Program-made: the position numbers and the translations under genes
Notes under the pieces: model-generated
What the model saw: the letters and a program-made list of their open reading frames with translations, nothing else
Database searches by the model: none
Told to the model about the DNA's origin: nothing
Source of the DNA: an uncultured Bifidobacteriaceae bacterium
Lineage (GTDB): Bacteria > Acidobacteriota > Vicinamibacteria > Vicinamibacterales > UBA2999
DNA length: 64,000 nt
Direction: 5' to 3'
NCBI GenBank assembly: GCA_964643765.1
Contig: CAZXTM010000005.1
Location: 1,677 to 65,676 of the forward strand
In this document: positions 44,631-52,726 of the stretch, piece by piece
How the letters are laid out: every line of letters starts with the position of its first letter
How positions within the stretch are numbered: position 1 is the first letter of the stretch

Positions 44631-45158
44631 ATGCGACGCATGCTGCTGGGCACCCTGCTGGCCGGACTCGTGGGCACGACGCTGCTGGCACAGGCTCCGG
44701 CGCCCAATCCCTTCGGCCCGTCGGCCCGCTCGACCACCGGCCACCTGACGGTCGAGTCGCGGATCAGCCCCGAAGAGGCGGCCCCGGGCGCGACGCTGAC
44801 CGTGGCGCTCGACATCACGCCGCGCCGCAGCATCCATGTGTATGCCCCGGGCAAGCACGACTATCAGGTCATCGCCCTCACGCTCGATGCGCAGCCGTGG
44901 CTGCGGCTCGACCCCACGAAGTATCCGCCATCAGAGAAGTATCACTTTGCACCGCTCAATGAGACGGTCGAGGTGTACTCGCAGCCCTTCCGCCTGACGC
45001 GGGCGCTGCGCGTGCTCGACACCCCCGAGGCGCGGCGTGCGCTGGCATCGGGCACCGCCACGGTGACTGGCCAGCTCGAATATCAGGCGTGTGATGACCG
45101 GGTGTGCTTTGCACCGGCGAAGGTGGCGGTGCGGCTGCCGGTGCGCATCGCACGCTGA
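44631..45158 (+). CDS. secreted protein with DsbD/DsbC N-terminal-like (thiol:disulfide interchange) domain
   Basis: Signal peptide MRRMLLGTLLAGLVGTTLLAQA. The C-terminal QLEYQACDDRVCFAP motif is characteristic of the DsbD alpha / DsbC_N family as I recall it. Confidence 0.6.
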   Translation: MRRMLLGTLLAGLVGTTLLAQAPAPNPFGPSARSTTGHLTVESRISPEEAAPGATLTVALDITPRRSIHVYAPGKHDYQVIALTLDAQPWLRLDPTKYPPSEKYHFAPLNETVEVYSQPFRLTRALRVLDTPEARRALASGTATVTGQLEYQACDDRVCFAPAKVAVRLPVRIAR

Positions 45159-45196
45159 CGGCCGACCCCCGCAGTGCCACCGGCCAGAGCCGGGAC

Positions 45197-46435
45197 TCAG
45201 TGCTCGACGGGGCCGTGTGACCTGAACACCAGCACGTAGGCGGCAATCGCCGCCAGCACGAGTCCGTTGATGGCCAGCATGGTCGGTGCCGATCCGACCT
45301 GCGTGATCATCCAGCCGCTGGCGAGCCCGCCGAGCGGCGACCCTCCGCGGAAGGCCACCATGTAGATGCTGACGACCCGCCCCCGCAGCTCGGGCGGGGC
45401 CATCAGCTGCACCAGCGAGTTGTTGAGCGAGAAGCACATCACCAGCAGTGCGCCGGTGAAGAACAGGATCGCCGTGCTCACCTCGACGCGCGGCGAGAGC
45501 GCAAAGGCCGCCATGGCCAGCCCGAAGGCGCACAGCAGGCTCAGCATGAGGCGGCCCATGTGGCGGTGCTTGCCGAGCCAGGCCACGAACAGGGCCCCGC
45601 AGACGGCCCCGACGCCCGAGGTGGTCATCATCTTCGTGTAGAGCGCCACGTCCTGGTGGAAGACATCCTTGGCCATGACGGGCAGGAAGGTCAGCAGGGG
45701 AATGCCGAGGAAGGCCGCGAGGAACCCGAGCAGCGTGATGCGCTGCAGATCGCGCGACCCGGCCACATGGCGCAGGCCGTCTTTCATCTGCGCCACCATC
45801 GAAATCGACGAGGCGGGTGGCACGTGCACGTTGCGCAGCGACAGGATGGCAGCCATCACGAACAGGAACGAAATGCCGTTGAGGCCGAAGCACATCACCA
45901 TGCCGAACGAGGCGAGCGCGGCCCCGGCGACGATGGGGCCGATGATGCGGGCCAGGTTGAACTGGATCGAGTTGAGGGCCACGGCGTTCGGCAGGTGCTC
46001 CTTCTGCACCAGCGTGGGCACCAGGGCCTGGTAGGCCGGTCCCCCGAAGGCCTGGGCGCAGCCGGTGACGCAGGACAGCGCGAGGATGTGCCAGATGCGG
46101 ATGGCATCGGTGACGACCAGCGTGGCCAGGGTGAAGGCCACGCTCATCTGGACGATCTGCGACAGCAGCATCAGGCGCCGGCGGTCATGGCGGTCGGCGA
46201 CCACGCCCCCGACGATGGTGAGCAGCAGGATGGGCAGTTCGCCCAGGAAGCTGTCGAGGCCGAGGTAGAAGGCAGACTGCTCCTCCGTCAGGGTGACGAT
46301 GAGCCAGGCCTGGGCGACCTTCTGCATCCAGGTGCCGATGCTTGACGTGAGGGCCCCCATCCAGAGCAGACGGAAGTCACGGTAGGTCAGGGCCGCGGAA
46401 ATGCGGCGGATGGCGTCGAGCAGAAGCGCGCGCAA
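45197..46435 (-). CDS. MFS transporter (MFS_3 / EntS-like)
   Basis: 12 TM segments. N-terminus RDFRLLWMGALTSSIGTWMQ and loop VADRHDRRRLML are typical of this MFS subfamily. The only in-frame start before the first TM is TTG 46435. Confidence 0.82.
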   Translation of the reverse strand: MRALLLDAIRRISAALTYRDFRLLWMGALTSSIGTWMQKVAQAWLIVTLTEEQSAFYLGLDSFLGELPILLLTIVGGVVADRHDRRRLMLLSQIVQMSVAFTLATLVVTDAIRIWHILALSCVTGCAQAFGGPAYQALVPTLVQKEHLPNAVALNSIQFNLARIIGPIVAGAALASFGMVMCFGLNGISFLFVMAAILSLRNVHVPPASSISMVAQMKDGLRHVAGSRDLQRITLLGFLAAFLGIPLLTFLPVMAKDVFHQDVALYTKMMTTSGVGAVCGALFVAWLGKHRHMGRLMLSLLCAFGLAMAAFALSPRVEVSTAILFFTGALLVMCFSLNNSLVQLMAPPELRGRVVSIYMVAFRGGSPLGGLASGWMITQVGSAPTMLAINGLVLAAIAAYVLVFRSHGPVEH

Positions 46436-46477
46436 GGCTGCTCATGTTAACGCAGTGGCCGGGGCGTGATGGTGCGC

Positions 46478-46505
46478 TTGACATTCGGTTTTTGTTCGCT
46501 ATGAT
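46478..46505 (+). promoter_or_regulatory. near-consensus sigma70-type promoter of imuA (TTGACA-16 nt-TATGAT)
   Basis: TTGACA is at 46478-46483 and TATGAT at 46500-46505, in an unusually AT-rich patch. GGAG and ATG follow about 35-40 nt downstream. Confidence 0.5.
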
Positions 46506-46532
46506 GGCCGTGAAGGCGAAGCAAAAGCGAAT
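46483..46532. promoter_or_regulatory. 50-bp dyad of four TTCG(G/C) half-sites overlapping the imuA promoter (candidate SOS operator)
   Basis: TTCGG 46484-46488, TTCGC 46495-46499, GCGAA 46516-46520 and GCGAA 46527-46531 are symmetric about 46507/46508. The outer arms ATTCGGTTTT / AAAAGCGAAT match 9/10 as an inverted repeat. Confidence 0.4.
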
Positions 46533-46545
46533 TTCTGGAGTCTGT

Positions 46546-47463
46546 ATGGCCGTGTCCCAGAGTGTGTCCGAGACGATGACGGTGCCTGCGCAGGTGTCGG
46601 CCCCTGTGGCCGGAGGGGGCGGTTCGGTGTCGGCGCGGGCGTCGGCCGTGCTGTCGGTGCTGCAGCAGCGGCGGCTCGATCGCACGCTGACGTCGGTGAA
46701 ACCGGCGGCGGCGGCGAGCTGTGCCGACTGGCAACTGCCCTGGCTCGATGCCGGGGTGGGCGGGGTGCCGCGCGGGCAGGTGTCCGAGGTGGTGGGGCCC
46801 GTGTCGTCCGGGCGTACGGGGCTGGCGTGGGCGGCCCTGGCGGCGGCCACGGCCCGGGGCGAGCGTGTGGCGCTGATTGATACGTTCGACCGGTTCGATC
46901 CGACGCTGGCGGGTGAGGCCGGGGTCGACCTGTCGCGTGTGCTGTGGGTGCGCGGGCAGCCGGTGTCGCGTATGGCCGGGGCCCTCGACCCCGACTGGGT
47001 GCCCGGACAGCGGGCGGTGCAGGGACCGGGCACACTGTTCGAACGCAGCCTCGATCGGGCGCTCAAGGCGGTGCAACTGGCGGCGCAGTCGGGGGTGTGC
47101 ACGCTGGTGGTGCTCGACCTGCTCGACGTGCCGCCGCTGGCGCTGCGCCGCATTCCGCGGTCGACATGGCTGCGGTTGCAGCACAGCATCGAAGGCAGCC
47201 AGGTGGCGGTGCTGCTGCTGGGGGTGCAGCCGATGGGGCGCAGTGCCGGGGGGCTGGCCATCACGGTGGGGCCTGCGGTGGTCGAGGCGGCGCGAGGGTT
47301 CTCGGGGGTGAGGGGAGACGAATCCCGGGCCACGGCCGGGGCCTCGCATGTGCAGTGGCGTGGCGGGCACGATCGTGCACGGCGCCTGCAGGGCGTGCAG
47401 GTGGCGCTTCGGGGACGCACCACCCGGAAGACGACGCTGGTGTCGCCGGTGCTGTTCGGATAG
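46546..47463 (+). CDS. imuA: ImuA-like (RecA-fold, SulA-like) translesion synthesis protein
   Basis: ATG 46546 is preceded by GGAG (46537-46540). LPWLDAGVGGVPRGQVSEVVGPVSSGRTGLAWAALAAA...RVALIDTFDRFDP is a degenerate P-loop RecA-like core. It is the first gene of an imuA-imuB-dnaE2 arrangement. Confidence 0.75.
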   Translation: MAVSQSVSETMTVPAQVSAPVAGGGGSVSARASAVLSVLQQRRLDRTLTSVKPAAAASCADWQLPWLDAGVGGVPRGQVSEVVGPVSSGRTGLAWAALAAATARGERVALIDTFDRFDPTLAGEAGVDLSRVLWVRGQPVSRMAGALDPDWVPGQRAVQGPGTLFERSLDRALKAVQLAAQSGVCTLVVLDLLDVPPLALRRIPRSTWLRLQHSIEGSQVAVLLLGVQPMGRSAGGLAITVGPAVVEAARGFSGVRGDESRATAGASHVQWRGGHDRARRLQGVQVALRGRTTRKTTLVSPVLFG

Positions 47464-47467
47464 GGCC

Positions 47468-49267
47468 ATGGTGGCAGTGGTGCATGCGGGCGGGCACTCG
47501 GCGGTCGAGCCGGTGTGTGTGGCGGCCGACGCGTTTTCGCCGCGCGTTCAGGCGTTGCCTCCCTTTGTGGTGCTCGATGTGTCGGGCATGACGCGCCTGT
47601 TTGGCGGCGCGGCCGAGGTGGGCGAGGCCCTGGCGCGTGCGGTGCCTGAGGCCCGGTCGGTCGCGGTGGCGCCCACCGTGTCGGGAGCCCTGGTGCTGGC
47701 GGCGGCGTCGCCTGGCCTGCAGGTGGCCGGCACGGTCGAGGCACTTGGCGTGCGGCTGTCACCGGTGTCGGTCGAAGTGTTGCAGGCTGTCTTCGAGGCG
47801 CGGGGGGCGAGCGAGGGCAGGGGGCCCGAATCAGGGGCACGGGCAGGGGGATACGCCGGGGGACGGGCGGGGGACGTGGCCGGGGCGGAGCGCGCAGGTG
47901 ATGGCCTGGGCCGCGAGTCATCGACCGCGCACTCCCGGAGGGCTGGGGCCGGGGGGCCTGCCGAGGGGCTGTCGACGACCGGGGACGGGGCGTCGCGGGG
48001 CCGTGCGGGGCGTGCCGGGGGCGGCGTCCTGCCAGCGCTGCAGCGCTGGGGGGTGACGACGCTGGGGGCGCTGGCGGCCCTGCCGCCCGCGCAGGTGCGG
48101 GCACGGCTGGGCGACGCCGGGGTGGCGTGGCAGCGGCTGGCGCGCGGCCTCGACGAGGCGCCGCTGGTGCCGCGTGTGGCGGCGCCGGTCTTCGAGCGCG
48201 CCCTCGAGCTCGAGTGGCCCATCGAGGGGCGCGAGCCGCTCGCGTTTGTGCTGGCGCGGCTCCTCGACCCGCTCGCCCTCGAGCTCGAGCGCGCGGATCG
48301 GGGCGCGGTGTGTGTGCGCACCACCCTGCACCTGACGACCCGCGCCGTGCATGTCCGCGCGCTGCCGCTGCCGGCGCCGCTGCGCGACGCGAAGACGCTG
48401 CGCACGCTCGTTCTGCTCGACCTCGAGTCGTATCCACCCGCCGCGGCCATCGACCGCGTGCACGTGCGACTCGATCCCACGCCGGCCCGCGTGCTGCAGC
48501 ACACGCTGTTCGAACCGGCGCATCCGGCGCCCGAGCAGGTCGCCACCCTCATTGCCCGGCTGACGGCCGTGATGGGCGAGGGCCGCGTCGGCACTCCCGC
48601 GCTGGCCGACACCTGGGCCCCCGGCGCCTTCCGCATGCAGCCCTTCGCCCTCGAGCCCCTGCCCGTCGGCCCCGCCCGGATGAGCAGCGGGCAGAACGTC
48701 GCCGCACGCCTCGAGCCCCTGTCCGCAGGGCCCACCCCCGGCAGACCTTCCGCCTCCACCAGCGGCATCACCTCCCCGGGCACCTGCACCGGCATGTCTG
48801 CGGCGCAGCCCGGGCGGCCAGCACGTGCCGTGATCCCTGCCCCCGCAGGCCTCTTCACCGAGGCACCTGCGGCGTACGGCGATGCCGTCGTCACATCATC
48901 ACCGGTCCACGCCGTGGCCGTGCCGGTGTCCGCACAGGCCACGCCACGGGCGTCCTCGCCTCCTGTCCCCGACCTGCCCATCGGCTTCCGTCGCTTCCGG
49001 CTGCCGGTGCCGGTGCGCGTGCGGGTGCACGAGGGGCGTCCCGTGCATCTCATCTGCGACCGTCCGGGCATTGCCGGCGGCGCCATCGTGCAGGCCTCGG
49101 GGCCGTGGCGCACGTCCGGCGCCTGGTGGCAGGCCCCGGCCGTGAGCGACGGGCAGGTGCCGTGGGATCGCGACGAGTGGGACATTGCGCTGGCCGATGG
49201 CACGCTCTATCGCCTGCACGTCGAGCGTGCCGTCGGACAGTGGGCCCTCGACGGCCTGTTCGACTGA
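47468..49267 (+). CDS. imuB: ImuB-like Y-family polymerase homologue
   Basis: ATG 47468 lies 5 nt after the imuA stop. The position between imuA and dnaE2 and the Y-family-like segments (FVVLDVSGMTRLFG, LQRWGVTTLGALAALP, a helix-hairpin-helix-like segment) support the call. Two low-complexity insertions are present. Confidence 0.72.
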   Translation: MVAVVHAGGHSAVEPVCVAADAFSPRVQALPPFVVLDVSGMTRLFGGAAEVGEALARAVPEARSVAVAPTVSGALVLAAASPGLQVAGTVEALGVRLSPVSVEVLQAVFEARGASEGRGPESGARAGGYAGGRAGDVAGAERAGDGLGRESSTAHSRRAGAGGPAEGLSTTGDGASRGRAGRAGGGVLPALQRWGVTTLGALAALPPAQVRARLGDAGVAWQRLARGLDEAPLVPRVAAPVFERALELEWPIEGREPLAFVLARLLDPLALELERADRGAVCVRTTLHLTTRAVHVRALPLPAPLRDAKTLRTLVLLDLESYPPAAAIDRVHVRLDPTPARVLQHTLFEPAHPAPEQVATLIARLTAVMGEGRVGTPALADTWAPGAFRMQPFALEPLPVGPARMSSGQNVAARLEPLSAGPTPGRPSASTSGITSPGTCTGMSAAQPGRPARAVIPAPAGLFTEAPAAYGDAVVTSSPVHAVAVPVSAQATPRASSPPVPDLPIGFRRFRLPVPVRVRVHEGRPVHLICDRPGIAGGAIVQASGPWRTSGAWWQAPAVSDGQVPWDRDEWDIALADGTLYRLHVERAVGQWALDGLFD

Positions 49268-49285
49268 GTCACACGGGCGCGTCAC

Positions 49286-52200
49286 ATGTACGTCGAACTC
49301 CGCACGGCCTCGGCCTTTTCGTTCCTGCAGGCCGCATCCTCGCCCGAGGCACTCGTCGCCCGCGCCGCCGCCCTCGGCTATCCCGCGCTGGCGCTGCTCG
49401 ATCGCAACGGGGTCTACGGCGCTCCGCGCTTCCACAAGGCCGCCAGGGCGGCTGGCCTGCGCCCCATCATCGGGGCCGAACTCACCATGCAGGCGGCCGC
49501 CGGGCATCACTGGGTGCTGCCGGTGCTGGTCGAGTCGGCCACGGGCTGGCGCCATCTGTGCCAGCTCATCTCGCGCATGAAGCTGCGTGCCTCGAAGGGC
49601 GGGGGCGCTCTCACGCTCGCCGATCTCGACGGACAGGTGGGCGGCCTGGTGGCCCTTGTCGGCGATCAGCTGCTACAGGCCGGCCGCGACGGTGTGGGTG
49701 GCCTGCTCGATCGCCTCATCGGCACCTTTGGCCGCATGCAGCTCTATGTCGAACTGCAGCGGCATCTCCAGCGCGACCAGGAAGATGCCAACGCCATGCT
49801 GGTGTCACTGGCCGCGGCATTCCGCGTGCCGCTGGTGGCCACCGGCGGCGTGCGGTACGCCACCGCGGCCGAGCGCCCGCTCTACGACGTGCTCACCTGC
49901 ATCCGGGCGCACACCACCCTCGAGGCGGCCGGGCGTCGCCTGGCTCCCAATACCGAACGCCTCCTCAAGGCACCCGCGCAGATGGCGCGGCTGTTTGCCG
50001 ATCGCCCCGAGGCCATTCAGGCCAGCCTCGATCTGGCCGAGCGGCTGCAGTTTTCCATGCACGATCTGGGGTACCGGTTTCCCCGCTACCCCGTGCCGCA
50101 CGGTGAAACCGAGCACGGGTTCCTCTGCCGCATGGTCGAGGTCGGTGCCCGGCATCGCTATCAGCCCTATCACGACAAAGCGCGTGCGCAGATTGCCCGC
50201 GAGCTCCGTCTCATCGACACTCTCAACCTCGCCGGCTACTTCCTCATCGTCTGGGACATTGTGAATTTCTGTCGGCAGCACGACATCCTGGTGCAGGGGC
50301 GTGGATCTGCGGCCAACAGTGCTGTCTGCTACAGCCTCGGCATCACGGCGGTCGATCCGGTCGGCATGGAACTGCTGTTCGAGCGGTTTCTCTCGGAAGA
50401 GCGCGGCGAGTGGCCCGACATCGATCTCGACCTGCCGAGCGGGCCGCAGCGCGAGCGGGTCATTCAGTACGTGTACGACAAATACGGACCGCACGGGGCC
50501 GCCATGACGGCCAACGTCATCACCTATCGGGGGCGCAGTGCCGCGCGCGAGGTGGGCAAGGTGCTGGGCATGCCGGCCGCCGACATCGATCGCCTCTCGG
50601 CCGCGCTGGCCCATGCCGATCCCGGCGTGCCTGCCGATGAGCGTGCCCGCCACCTGGCCGAGCAGTTCCATCTGCCCGACGATGCCCGCCTGCGCCAGCT
50701 GTCGGGGCTATGGCCGCAGATGCACGACCTGCCGCGGCATCTGGGGCAGCACTCGGGGGGCATGGTCATCAGCCAGGGGGCCCTGTCGTCGGTGGTGCCT
50801 ATCGAGCCGGCCAGCATGCCCGGACGTGTCGTGGTGCAGTGGGACAAGGAAGACTGCGCCGACATGGGCATCATCAAGGTCGACCTGCTGGGCCTGGGCA
50901 TGATGGCGGCACTGCAGGAGGCCATCCGGCTCATCAACGGACCAGGACACCAGCCCCCGCGCATCGACATCGCGCACCTGCCGCCCAATGATCCGGCGGT
51001 CTACGCCATGCTGCAGGCCGCCGATACCGTGGGCATCTTCCAGGTGGAATCCCGCGCACAGATGGCCACACTGCCGCGCCTCAAGCCGGCCACCTTCTAC
51101 GACCTCGTGGTGGAAATCGCCCTCATTCGCCCCGGTCCCATCGTCGGCCAGATGGTGCATCCCTATCTCAACCGCAGGGCGGGGCGCGAGCCGGTGACCT
51201 ACGACCACCCCCTGCTCGAGCCGATTCTCAGGCGCACGCTGGGTGTGCCGCTCTTCCAGGAACAGCTGCTGCGCATGGCCATGGCGGTGGCCGGGTTCAC
51301 CGGAGGGCAGGCGGAAGAACTGCGCCGGGCGATGGGCTTCAAGCGGTCCGAACAGCGCATGCAGCAGATGGAGCGGCTGCTGCGCGAGGGCATGGCACGC
51401 CACGGCATCACCGGCGAGGTGGCCGATCGCATCGTGCTGTCCATCACGTCGTTTGCGCTGTACGGCTTTCCTGAATCGCATGCGGCCAGTTTCGCCCTGC
51501 TGGTCTATGCCAGTGCCTATCTCAAGGCGCACTATCCGGCGGCGTTCTACACGGCGCTGCTCAACAACCAGCCCATGGGGTTCTATCAGCCGGCCACGCT
51601 GGTCAAGGACGCGCAGCGGCGCGGGGTCCGGTTTGCGCCAATCGATGTGCAGGTGTCGCAGTGGCCGTGCCACGTCGAGCCGGATGGCACCATCCGCATG
51701 GGACTCTCCTACGTGCAGGGGTTGCGCGCCGACGCGGGGCAGGCCATCGCGCGCGTGGCAGCACCATCTGCACCGCGCCGTGCCGCACTCGACGCGCCTG
51801 CCGTCTGTCCCAAGTGCGGATGTGACGATGCGTCGATGATTGAGGGGGGATTCTGCAACGTCTGCTCGCATCAATGGACGATGCCTGCGGTGGGACCGCG
51901 TCGATTCCGGTCGATGGATGAACTGGTGCGTGTGGCCGGGCTTCGACGTGACGAGGTCGATGCCCTGGCGGCCATCGGCGCCCTCAACAGTCTCGGGGGC
52001 GATCGGCGATCAGCCCTCTGGCAGGCCGCGCAGGCCGTGCGTCCTGCAGGCGCACTGTTTGCGGACGCCGACGAGACTGGCCCTGCGCACGAGCCGGCGC
52101 CGCTGGCCCCTATGACCGACCTCGATCGGCTGGTGGCCGATTACGACGGCACCGGGCTGACGCTGGGAGCGCATCCCATGCGCTGGCACCGCGACGTGCT

Positions 52201-52534
52201 GGCCATGCGCGGGGTGATGCGGGCCACCGACCTGCCGCAGGCGCGGTCGGGACGCCGTGTGCGCACGGCCGGCATGGTCATTACGCGCCAGCGGCCGGTG
52301 ACGGCGAAAGGATTCGTGTTCCTGACGCTCGAAGACGAAACCGGACTCGCCAACGTGATCATCCGGCCCGATCTCTACGACACCACGCAGCAGGTGGCCA
52401 TGACGGCCTCGTGCCTGCTGGTCGAAGGTGTTCTGCAGCAGCAGGAAGGCGTCACCTCCGTGCGGGCCGAGCGGCTGGTGTCACTCGACAGTCAGGCCGT
52501 GCCGGTCGAGATCACGGCGCGCAACTTCCAGTGA
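49286..52534 (+). CDS. dnaE2: error-prone DNA polymerase DnaE2 (Pol III alpha-like)
   Basis: N-terminal PHP (YVELRTASAFSFLQAASSPE), polymerase core (GRGSAANSAVCYSLGITAVDP, PDIDLDL, HSGGMVI), and an OB fold near the C-terminus (GFVFLTLEDETGLANVII). Confidence 0.93.
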   Translation: MYVELRTASAFSFLQAASSPEALVARAAALGYPALALLDRNGVYGAPRFHKAARAAGLRPIIGAELTMQAAAGHHWVLPVLVESATGWRHLCQLISRMKLRASKGGGALTLADLDGQVGGLVALVGDQLLQAGRDGVGGLLDRLIGTFGRMQLYVELQRHLQRDQEDANAMLVSLAAAFRVPLVATGGVRYATAAERPLYDVLTCIRAHTTLEAAGRRLAPNTERLLKAPAQMARLFADRPEAIQASLDLAERLQFSMHDLGYRFPRYPVPHGETEHGFLCRMVEVGARHRYQPYHDKARAQIARELRLIDTLNLAGYFLIVWDIVNFCRQHDILVQGRGSAANSAVCYSLGITAVDPVGMELLFERFLSEERGEWPDIDLDLPSGPQRERVIQYVYDKYGPHGAAMTANVITYRGRSAAREVGKVLGMPAADIDRLSAALAHADPGVPADERARHLAEQFHLPDDARLRQLSGLWPQMHDLPRHLGQHSGGMVISQGALSSVVPIEPASMPGRVVVQWDKEDCADMGIIKVDLLGLGMMAALQEAIRLINGPGHQPPRIDIAHLPPNDPAVYAMLQAADTVGIFQVESRAQMATLPRLKPATFYDLVVEIALIRPGPIVGQMVHPYLNRRAGREPVTYDHPLLEPILRRTLGVPLFQEQLLRMAMAVAGFTGGQAEELRRAMGFKRSEQRMQQMERLLREGMARHGITGEVADRIVLSITSFALYGFPESHAASFALLVYASAYLKAHYPAAFYTALLNNQPMGFYQPATLVKDAQRRGVRFAPIDVQVSQWPCHVEPDGTIRMGLSYVQGLRADAGQAIARVAAPSAPRRAALDAPAVCPKCGCDDASMIEGGFCNVCSHQWTMPAVGPRRFRSMDELVRVAGLRRDEVDALAAIGALNSLGGDRRSALWQAAQAVRPAGALFADADETGPAHEPAPLAPMTDLDRLVADYDGTGLTLGAHPMRWHRDVLAMRGVMRATDLPQARSGRRVRTAGMVITRQRPVTAKGFVFLTLEDETGLANVIIRPDLYDTTQQVAMTASCLLVEGVLQQQEGVTSVRAERLVSLDSQAVPVEITARNFQ

Positions 52535-52650
52535 ATTGCAGGACCCCGTCCGTCGGAACAACCGCCGTGCGGGGCACGTGCCCTCGCCCGGCGCACTGAT
52601 GGCGGGAGGCCCGTCCCTCCACGCCGTGTCGGCGCCCGCCGTACAGGGAA

Positions 52651-52687
52651 ACGGCCCGGGGCGCACGCAGGTGCGTTCCCGGGCCGT
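52651..52687. terminator. long hairpin in the dnaE2 / RidA convergent gap
   Basis: ACGGCCCGGG gcgcac gcag gtgcgt t CCCGGGCCGT: a 10-bp outer stem plus a 5/6-bp inner stem. No clear U-tract on either strand. Confidence 0.4.
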
Positions 52688-52726
52688 GGTCTGTCGAACG
52701 GTGCGAGGCCCCGTCGGTCGTGCGCC

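Noticed and set aside
45159-45196. Possible terminator hairpin (CCGGC caga GCCGG) between the DsbD-like and MFS genes.
   Set aside because: The stem is only 5 bp with no U-tract, which is too weak to call.
46478-46532. Canonical LexA boxes (CGAAC-N4-GTTCG, GTTC-N7-GTTC, TGTTC-N4-GAACA) at the imuA promoter.
   Set aside because: Only one GTTCG half-site (46494-46498) is present, and the partner half at the required spacing is absent. The dyad is therefore reported as non-canonical rather than as a known box.
46377-48437. 686-aa Pro/Arg/Ala-rich ORF antisense to imuA/imuB. Also the 659-aa ORF at 48127..50106 in an alternative frame spanning imuB/dnaE2.
   Set aside because: Extreme low-complexity composition. 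Both cross the boundaries of genes that have family-typical sequences and tight operon spacing.
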